Made by a program: the position numbers and the translations under genes. A stretch of 31,915 bases of DNA from Burkholderiales bacterium (GTDB lineage Bacteria; Pseudomonadota; Gammaproteobacteria; Burkholderiales; SG8-39), in assembly GCA_017880745.1 (NCBI GenBank), contig JADGRR010000001.1, positions 1-31,915 of the forward strand, read 5' to 3'. Under the pieces are notes generated by a model. It was not told the DNA's origin. It was given only the letters and a program-made list of their open reading frames with translations, and did no database searches. The first letter of the stretch is position 1. Every line of letters begins with the position of its first letter. Below, piece after piece: positions 25,493-31,915 of this stretch.

Positions 25493-26464
25493 TCACTCCA
25501 CCTTCACCCCGGTCGCCGCGACCACGCGGGTCCACTTCTCCACGTCGGCCGCGATATAGCGCGCGAACGCTTCGGGGGTGTTGCCACCGGGCTCGGCGCC
25601 GAGTTCGAACAATTGCTTCACCATGTCCGGCTGCTTCAAGATGTCGCCGATGTTCTTGTACAGCAGGTCGATGACGGGCTTGGGGGTGCCGGCGGGCGCG
25701 AGCAGGCCGAACCAGGCCGAAACTTCGTAGCCGGGCAGGCCGCTCTCGGCCATGGTCGGGACATCGGGCGCGCCCGGCCAGCGCTTCGTCGTGGTCACTG
25801 CGATCGCGCGCAACTTGCCCGAGCGTATGTGCCCGATCGAGGAGGGCATGTTGTCGAAGCCCATCTGGATCTGCCCGCCGACGAGGTCGATCAGCATCGG
25901 TCCTGCGCCTTTGTAGGGGATGTGCGTGATGTCGATGTTCGCCATGGTCTTGAACAGTTCGCCCGCCATGTGCGGCGATCCGCCCGGGCTGGTCGAGCCG
26001 AAATTCAGCGTGCCCGGCTTGGCGCGCGCCAGCGCCAGCAGTTCCTGCAGATTCTTCGCCGGGACCGAAGGATGCACGGTCAGCACGTTGGGCGTATTCC
26101 CGACGATGGTGATCGGCGCGAAATCCTTCACCGCGTCGTAGGGCAGGTTCTTGAACAGCGCCGAGTTGATGCCGTGCGTGCCGATCGTGCCCATGCACAG
26201 CGTATAGCCGTCGGCCGGCGACCTGGCCACGGCCTGCGTGCCGATCGCGCCGCTCGCACCGCCGCGGTTCTCGACGATGAATGACTGCTTCAGCCGCTCG
26301 GTGAGGCGCTGGGCAATCACGCGCGCAAGTATGTCCGTAGTCCCGCCGGGCGGATAGGGCACGATGATTTTCACCGGCTTGTCCGGGTACTCGGCGAGTG
26401 CGCTCGCCGCCGCGCAACACAGCGCGACGATGATCAAGCCGAGAAAACGCTTCAGATTATTCAT
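25493..26464 (-). CDS. Bug/TctC-family substrate-binding protein
   Basis: YPDKPVKIIVPYPPGGTTD, VENRGGASG, ADGYTL and HIPYKGAG motifs, signal peptide. ATG overlaps the upstream TGA. Confidence 0.92.
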   Translation of the reverse strand: MNNLKRFLGLIIVALCCAAASALAEYPDKPVKIIVPYPPGGTTDILARVIAQRLTERLKQSFIVENRGGASGAIGTQAVARSPADGYTLCMGTIGTHGINSALFKNLPYDAVKDFAPITIVGNTPNVLTVHPSVPAKNLQELLALARAKPGTLNFGSTSPGGSPHMAGELFKTMANIDITHIPYKGAGPMLIDLVGGQIQMGFDNMPSSIGHIRSGKLRAIAVTTTKRWPGAPDVPTMAESGLPGYEVSAWFGLLAPAGTPKPVIDLLYKNIGDILKQPDMVKQLFELGAEPGGNTPEAFARYIAADVEKWTRVVAATGVKVE

Positions 26465-26829
26465 GTTGTGCTCCCTCTAGCCTGCCCCATCCCGCGCAAC
26501 TTCCCCTTCAAAGCATCCGGCACCTCGATCTCGAATCCCAGCACCGCCGCCGACAGTGCCTTGCCGTAATTGTCCAGGCACAGGCTCCTCGACACGCCGC
26601 CGCCCAGCGCCCCCTGTGCGACGAAGTTGAGCGCACCGATGCCGTCGACCGCATAGCGATCCACCCGGCCCTTCACCGTGCCCGCGTAAAACGCCTTGAA
26701 GCGCTCGGCGGTGAGCTGCTGCTTCAATAGCGGGTAGAACTCCGGCGCGTAGGCGATCACCATGATATTCGAGGTGTCGCCCTTGTCGCCGGAGCGCGCG
26801 TGCGCGAGGTGCTGCAGTTTGACTCGCAT
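26461..26829 (-). CDS. Small AtuA-related protein (homologous to AtuA C-terminal domain)
   Basis: LAHARSGDKGD.SNI.VIA...LNFV..GALGGG.SRSL.LD..GKALS, in frame from ATG 26829. The upstream part of the ORF-track entry overlaps AtuA. Confidence 0.8.
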   Translation of the reverse strand: MRVKLQHLAHARSGDKGDTSNIMVIAYAPEFYPLLKQQLTAERFKAFYAGTVKGRVDRYAVDGIGALNFVAQGALGGGVSRSLCLDNYGKALSAAVLGFEIEVPDALKGKLRGMGQARGSTT

Positions 26830-26831
26830 GA

Positions 26832-28190
26832 TCAGCTCTCGAAGTAGTTGATGGAAGGATGCACCTTCTCGCGCGGCACCAGCGCCGACCAGACGCCGAT
26901 GATTTCGCGAAACCGGTCCTGGTGCGGCACGCGCTTGCCCGTATGCGCGACACCGGACACCGCCATGCCGTCGACTTCGCGCCCGACCTTGATCGCTTCT
27001 TCCCTCGTTTTCGTCCGCGCCGCCACGCGCACCGCGACCTCGTAGGGCTCGGGGCCGTTTTTCGGCGACATCTCGCCGTGGATGGCGTTGACGCCGAGGA
27101 AGTCGATGCGCAGGTCGTCGGCTTTGAGCTTGACGATCTTGAAGCGCTCTTCGAGGATTTTCTTCGCCAGCTGCGCGCGGCGCAATGCGCCGGGCCCGGC
27201 GTAGAAGAACATGTCCTCGCCGATGAAGCCCTCGGTGCAGCCGATCGAAACCTTCAGCGTCGGCGTGCGCGGTTTGCCGGAGATGTTGGAGACGCGCACG
27301 CGGTCTCCGCCCAGGTCTTCCAACCTGATGGTGGTGAAATCCACCACCACATCGGGCGTGATGTAGTTGGCCGGGTCGTGCACTTCGTACAGGCACTGCT
27401 CCTTCACCGTCATCAGGTTGATCGCCCCGCCCGTGCCCGCGACTTTGGAAAGGATGCAACCGCCGTCGGGCGAAACCTCGGCGATCGGGAATGCCAGGTT
27501 CCATGGCTCGGGTACGTCCTTGAAGCCGGGGTCACTGAAATAGCCGCCGGTGACCTGCGCGCCGCATTCCATCAGGTGCCCGATGCCGGTGCCCGGGCCG
27601 AGGTGCATGTGATCCATCGCGTCCCAGCCGAATTCATACATCATCGGCGCCAGGAACAGCGACGGGTCGGCGACGCGCCCGGTCACCACGATCTGCGCGC
27701 CTGCTTTCAATGCGTCGACGATGGGTTCGGCGCCGAGATAGGCTTCGGCGGAAATCAGGTTGGGCGCCAGCGTTCTTGTCGGCTCGCCGTTCTCGAGAAT
27801 CCTGTCGGTCAGCTCCAGCACGCGCTCGGTGATCAGCGCGCCGTTCACCGCGGCCACCTTCACTCCTTTCGCGCCGAAATGACGCAGCCAGTGCACGATG
27901 CGTTCGGCCGCGGCGTTGGGGTTGATCCAGCCCTGGTTGGTTATTATCTTTGTGCCGCGTTTCAGGCAACCCGGCAGCACGCCCTTGATGCGGTCATCCA
28001 GGTACGTGTCGTAGCCGGGAAAGGACGGGTCGCGGCGCGCTCTCACCTGGGCGGCCGAGACCGTGGCTTCGGCCATGGTTTCGAAGCAGAGATAATCGAG
28101 GTCGCCTTTGTCGGCGTTGAGGATGGCGGGCTCGACGCGATCGCCCCACCAGGCGGCGCCGGAGCCAATTCGGATTACTTTACCGGACAT
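26832..28190 (-). CDS. Acyclic terpene utilization AtuA-family protein (DUF1446)
   Basis: IRIGSGAAWWGDR, DYLCFETMAE, AYLGAEPI..AL..GA.IVVTGRVADPSL, GHLMECGAQVTGGY and EQCLYEVHDP.NYITPDV motifs. Confidence 0.88.
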   Translation of the reverse strand: MSGKVIRIGSGAAWWGDRVEPAILNADKGDLDYLCFETMAEATVSAAQVRARRDPSFPGYDTYLDDRIKGVLPGCLKRGTKIITNQGWINPNAAAERIVHWLRHFGAKGVKVAAVNGALITERVLELTDRILENGEPTRTLAPNLISAEAYLGAEPIVDALKAGAQIVVTGRVADPSLFLAPMMYEFGWDAMDHMHLGPGTGIGHLMECGAQVTGGYFSDPGFKDVPEPWNLAFPIAEVSPDGGCILSKVAGTGGAINLMTVKEQCLYEVHDPANYITPDVVVDFTTIRLEDLGGDRVRVSNISGKPRTPTLKVSIGCTEGFIGEDMFFYAGPGALRRAQLAKKILEERFKIVKLKADDLRIDFLGVNAIHGEMSPKNGPEPYEVAVRVAARTKTREEAIKVGREVDGMAVSGVAHTGKRVPHQDRFREIIGVWSALVPREKVHPSINYFES

Positions 28191-28512
28191 CGGGATTCCA
28201 ATAAGTTGCGCTGGTTGACTGCCTACTCGGGTACGCATCTCTGCCACCTCAAATGGTTCCGGCATCGATTTTGTCGTACTCACAGTGCGTGCCTACGAAC
28301 CTACCATGTTCCTAAAACGGGAGCAACGGCGCCGGCGGCGATCGGGTCCCGTCCCGCATGGTTCGGCTGCTTTGAGGTATCGACCCGCACGCGCGCGGCC
28401 GGGTCAGGATTTCCCGGTTTCTTTGACATGCGACAAGTCCGGCGCCGTCCGATTGGCGATAATTCGACCGGCGAATGCAGCACGTTTTCAACTTGACCGG
28501 ATCGAGGGACAT

Positions 28513-29367
28513 ATGGACATCAGGCAAATCGGGATCATAGGCGCGGGTACCATGGGCAACGGCATTGCGCAGGCCTTTGCAATCTGCGGTTTTGACGTAA
28601 CGATGACGGACATTTCCGCGGCGGCCGTGCAGCGCGGACTGAAGGCGGTCGATGGCAGTCTGGAACGCCTGGTGAAAAAGGAAAAACTGACCGCGGAGGC
28701 CAAGGCCGCGGCGCTGGGGCATATCAAGACTGCGACCGACGTGAACGCCGTACGCGGCAGCGATCTCATCATCGAGGCCGCAACCGAGAATCTGGACCTC
28801 AAGCTGAAAATCTTCGCGCAGCTCGCCGAACTCGCCGGCGACACGGCGATCCTGGCGACCAACACGTCCTCGATCTCGATCACGCGGCTCGCGGCTGCAA
28901 CCAAACTTGCGGACCGGGTGATCGGCATGCACTTCTTCAATCCGGTTGCGGTGATGCAGCTGGTCGAGTTGATTCGCGGCCTGCAGACCTCGGACGCGAC
29001 CTATGCCGCAGTGGCGGCAGTGGCGAAAAAGATCGGCAAGACGCCGGTACAGGTGAAGAACAGCCCGGGCTTCGTCGTCAATCGCATGCTTTGCCCGATG
29101 ATCAACGAGGCGATTTTTGCGTTTGCCGAAGGTCTGGCGAGCGTCGAGGAGATCGACAACGCGATGAAGCTGGGCGCCAATCACCCGATCGGGCCGCTCG
29201 CGCTATGCGATCTGATCGGCCTCGACGTGGAACTCGCGGTAATGAACGTGCTGTTCGAGGGCTTCAAGGATCCGAAATACCGGCCCGCGCCGCTGCTGGT
29301 GGAGATGGTGGAAGCGGGCTATCTCGGACGCAAGGCCGGGCGCGGTTTTTTCAACTACGCGAAATAG
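28513..29367 (+). CDS. hbd: 3-hydroxybutyryl-CoA (3-hydroxyacyl-CoA) dehydrogenase
   Basis: GIIGAGTMGNGIAQ, IIEAATEN, ATNTSSISIT, GMHFFNP, PGFVVNR and HPIGPL..DLIGLD motifs. ATG 28513 with GAGG SD. Confidence 0.92.
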   Translation: MDIRQIGIIGAGTMGNGIAQAFAICGFDVTMTDISAAAVQRGLKAVDGSLERLVKKEKLTAEAKAAALGHIKTATDVNAVRGSDLIIEAATENLDLKLKIFAQLAELAGDTAILATNTSSISITRLAAATKLADRVIGMHFFNPVAVMQLVELIRGLQTSDATYAAVAAVAKKIGKTPVQVKNSPGFVVNRMLCPMINEAIFAFAEGLASVEEIDNAMKLGANHPIGPLALCDLIGLDVELAVMNVLFEGFKDPKYRPAPLLVEMVEAGYLGRKAGRGFFNYAK

Positions 29368-29646
29368 ACGCCAGATGTGCTGGTAGCCCGCCGGCACGCC
29401 GTCCGCGAGTGCTATGCACCTGCGCCATTCGGGGTGATTTTCGAACGTGAGAGGGTACAGGCGCATGCCCCTGTCACGCAGTGCAGACTGGCCGGAGGCC
29501 CAATAGACACGGGCTTCTTCGCGTTTTTGTGGCGGCGTTTCCCCGCGCCGGACGGACAATCCTCCAGCGCAAATTACGCACCGAGCATGACCCAACTCGA
29601 GCGCAGGATGATGTAATCTATTGCGAGCCTGGGTTTCGTCCTGAAT

Positions 29647-31260
29647 ATGTTTTCTCACCTGTTGGAGAATGCCTTGCCGCTGCGATCGCTGCGCTTTGCT
29701 GCCAGGCTGAATCGAGCCACCGCATTGTTGTGCATAACCATTGGTACCTTTCTGCTGGCGGGGTGCGGTGGCGGTGGCGGTGGCGGCGGCGGCTCATCCG
29801 GCTCAACTGCGGCGGCAGTTGGCATTCAGCCCTCCGCGCAGTTCCAGGGCCTGCTGGTGAACACCGCGCCGGGCGGCGGCGCCCTCGCGAGCGACTGGAG
29901 TGCGACGACCTGCACTGACAATCGGCAGAAGAACTGGGTACGTTCCTGGCTGAATGAAAACTATCTGTTCTACCGCGACGCGCCGCTGACGAGTATCGAT
30001 CCGGATACTTACACCAACACGGTAGACAACCTGTTTCTCGACTACACGGTACGTGGAGTACCGTTGAAGGATCGCTTCAGCTTCGTGTTGCCACAGGCGG
30101 AGGCCGACGCGGTTTTTCAAAGCGGCACCGCGACGAGCGTTGGCTTTACCGTGAGGCGTGACACCGACAATGGCGGCATCATTCGTATTGCGTACGTGGA
30201 TCCGAACGGGCCCGCGGCGGCCGCCGGGTTTGCGCGCGGCATGGTGCTCGCCACGGTTGACGGCGTAGCCACATCGTTTTCCATACCGCCGGCACTGTCC
30301 GACCAGTTGTTCAACAGTGCCGCCGGCACCTCGTCCGTAGTTGGCGTGCAGGATACACCGGGCGGACCGGTGCGGACATTGACCGTGGCCAGCGCGAACT
30401 TTGGCACCTCACCGCTCATCGTCGATCGCGTTTTGCCCGACGCCACCACGGGTTATCTGGCTTACAACAGTTTCGCCACGCCCGTGGGCGAGGTGCAGCT
30501 GGCGGATGCGTTCAAGCGTTTTGCCGCGGCGGGCGTCACCGATCTGGTCGTCGATCTGCGCTACAACGGCGGCGGCTTTATCGATATCGCTGCGCAGCTT
30601 GGCTATATGGTCGCGGGCCAAGTGCAAAGCAGCGGCAAAGTATTCGAATCCTTTGTCTTCAACGACAAACGCAGCACCGAGAACATCGATATCGAATTCG
30701 TCAGCGCGATCACCGGGTTTTTCGGCAACAGCGCTCGCGCGGGCGAGCCCCTCAGCGCGCTGAACCTGCGGCGAGTTTCGGTCCTGACGAGCGGCAGCAC
30801 CTGCTCGGCGAGCGAGGCATTTATCAGCGCGCTGCGCGGCATTGATATCGATGTGGTACTGGTGGGCGGCACCACTTGCGGCAAGCCATACGGATTCACG
30901 CAGGCCGACAATTGCACTCTGGCGTACTTCGGCCTCGAGTTCGAAGGCCGCAACAACAAAGGTGTGGTGACCCCGGTTACCGGCATCCCGGCGACCTGCG
31001 CTGCCACTGATGATCTCGATCACGCCCTGGGCGATCCCGCCGAACGCATGCTCGCCACGGCCCTCAGTTACCAACTCGCGGGCAGATGTCCGGCACCGAC
31101 GCTGGTGGCCGCGTCTGACACGCTTTCGCTGCTCGCGGGCAGCGCACAGACTACCGCTTCGATAAATGCCCGCGCGCAGAATCCCAACGCCCTGAACGCC
31201 GACATGGAATTCATGACGCGTCCGCTGGAGACCGTCAAACTGTACCGCAGGGCCAAATGA
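29647..31260 (+). CDS. S41-family peptidase lipoprotein with PDZ-like domain
   Basis: Lipobox LAGC plus poly-Gly linker, KDRFS, AYVDPNGPAAAAG..RG (PDZ-like), DLVVDLRYNGGG, TCSASE (catalytic Ser), TTCGKPYG. Confidence 0.85.
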   Translation: MFSHLLENALPLRSLRFAARLNRATALLCITIGTFLLAGCGGGGGGGGGSSGSTAAAVGIQPSAQFQGLLVNTAPGGGALASDWSATTCTDNRQKNWVRSWLNENYLFYRDAPLTSIDPDTYTNTVDNLFLDYTVRGVPLKDRFSFVLPQAEADAVFQSGTATSVGFTVRRDTDNGGIIRIAYVDPNGPAAAAGFARGMVLATVDGVATSFSIPPALSDQLFNSAAGTSSVVGVQDTPGGPVRTLTVASANFGTSPLIVDRVLPDATTGYLAYNSFATPVGEVQLADAFKRFAAAGVTDLVVDLRYNGGGFIDIAAQLGYMVAGQVQSSGKVFESFVFNDKRSTENIDIEFVSAITGFFGNSARAGEPLSALNLRRVSVLTSGSTCSASEAFISALRGIDIDVVLVGGTTCGKPYGFTQADNCTLAYFGLEFEGRNNKGVVTPVTGIPATCAATDDLDHALGDPAERMLATALSYQLAGRCPAPTLVAASDTLSLLAGSAQTTASINARAQNPNALNADMEFMTRPLETVKLYRRAK

Positions 31261-31631
31261 GGCGTCTTCTGGCTAGCTCGCTCATTTGCCTGCTGGGCAG
31301 CCCGCTGATGGCGAGTTGTGAGAGCGCCGCCCCGCGCGCGCCGTCGACACCGGCTGTGCTGATCGAAAGCACGGCGCAATGTCGCGCGCAACTGAACGAC
31401 GCGGTACGCGAGCTGCGTGGCAAGGCCGTGACGCTCGCTGCCGATGCGTTCACGCAGAATGATGCCGTTGTGCTGTCGACGGTCGGTCAGTCGGCAAGCG
31501 GCCGCATGATGCCGCCGACGGAGATTCTGCGCTTGCAACTTGCGTCACCAGGCTGCCAACTGCAACTTGACGGTCGCGACCGGGTGGTGGCGTTGCCGCA
31601 CTGTACCTGCCGCGCTGTCGCCGGCAAATAG
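31257..31631 (+). CDS. Hypothetical lipoprotein
   Basis: Signal peptide with lipobox-like LMASC. ATG overlaps the peptidase TGA (ATGA). Four further Cys residues. Confidence 0.72.
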   Translation: MRRLLASSLICLLGSPLMASCESAAPRAPSTPAVLIESTAQCRAQLNDAVRELRGKAVTLAADAFTQNDAVVLSTVGQSASGRMMPPTEILRLQLASPGCQLQLDGRDRVVALPHCTCRAVAGK

Positions 31632-31725
31632 TCAGACAGACCGGAGACCCAATAGGGACGCGCTTCTTCCGGTATGTGTCACGGCGTTGCCCGGCGCCGT
31701 CCTAGTTTCGATGTCCGCGCTGCGC

Positions 31726-31915
31726 CTATTTCACATCCAGTAGTTCGACGTCGAATACCAGGGTCGCGCCCGGCGGGATCAGGCCGCCCGCGCCGCGTTG
31801 CCCGTACGCGAGTTCGCTCGGAATGATCAGCGTGCGCTTGCCGCCGACCTTCATCCCGGCCACGCCCTGGTCCCAGCCCTTGATCACCCTTCCCGCGCCC
31901 AGCGGAAAGCTGAAC
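31726..31915 (-). CDS. FKBP-type peptidyl-prolyl cis-trans isomerase, 3' end only
   Basis: Manual translation [62 protein letters not shown]. Not in the ORF track because the start lies outside the window. Confidence 0.92.
   Translation of the reverse strand, partial: FSFPLGAGRVIKGWDQGVAGMKVGGKRTLIIPSELAYGQRGAGGLIPPGATLVFDVELLDVK

Noticed and set aside
28423-28428. Perfect TTGACA upstream of hbd
   Set aside because: No -10 hexamer at 16-18 nt spacing; the nearest GATAAT is 29 nt away.
29368-29646. Intergenic region between hbd and the S41 peptidase, including short ORFs 29377-29616 and 29203-29658
   Set aside because: No convincing SD, motif, repeat or stable structure was found.
29767-29793. 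GGT/GGC repeat encoding poly-Gly in the S41 peptidase
   Set aside because: An ordinary flexible tether after a lipoprotein Cys. Mixed codons argue against a phase-variable tract.

Overview
GC-rich chromosomal window, most consistent with a betaproteobacterium (two Bug/TctC-family solute-binding proteins, TRAP and TAXI transporters). It holds about 30 genes for housekeeping (ettA 3' end, prfC, FKBP 3' end), transport (BASS, FeoB-like, TRAP dctPQM, TAXI, CPA1 Na+/H+ antiporter), signalling (adenylate cyclase-FHA, PilZ flagellar-brake type) and catabolism (molybdo-hydroxylase large subunit, thiol dioxygenase plus multi-rhodanese, AtuA-like pair, hydroxyacyl-CoA dehydrogenase). There is no CRISPR array, rRNA/tRNA, integrase or transposase gene. 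The most unusual signals are non-genic. (1) Two tandem 59/71-nt repeat units (18645-18774) sit at a stop/start overlap. Each encodes a mini-ORF that rebuilds the overlap and has an SD-like sequence inside a hairpin, so translational coupling could be relayed through them. (2) A 65-bp, 88%-identical copy of the 3' end of a bug gene brackets a ~3-kb islet (antiporter, broken LysR, two small ORFs), like an att-type duplication in a protein-coding gene. (3) An unannotated minus-strand small transcript (~16843-16699) has a near-consensus sigma70 promoter and three stacked terminator hairpins. (4) A 131-bp MITE with CTAG target duplication lies at the PilZ gene stop codon. All calls come from reading the sequence and motifs; no database searches were run.
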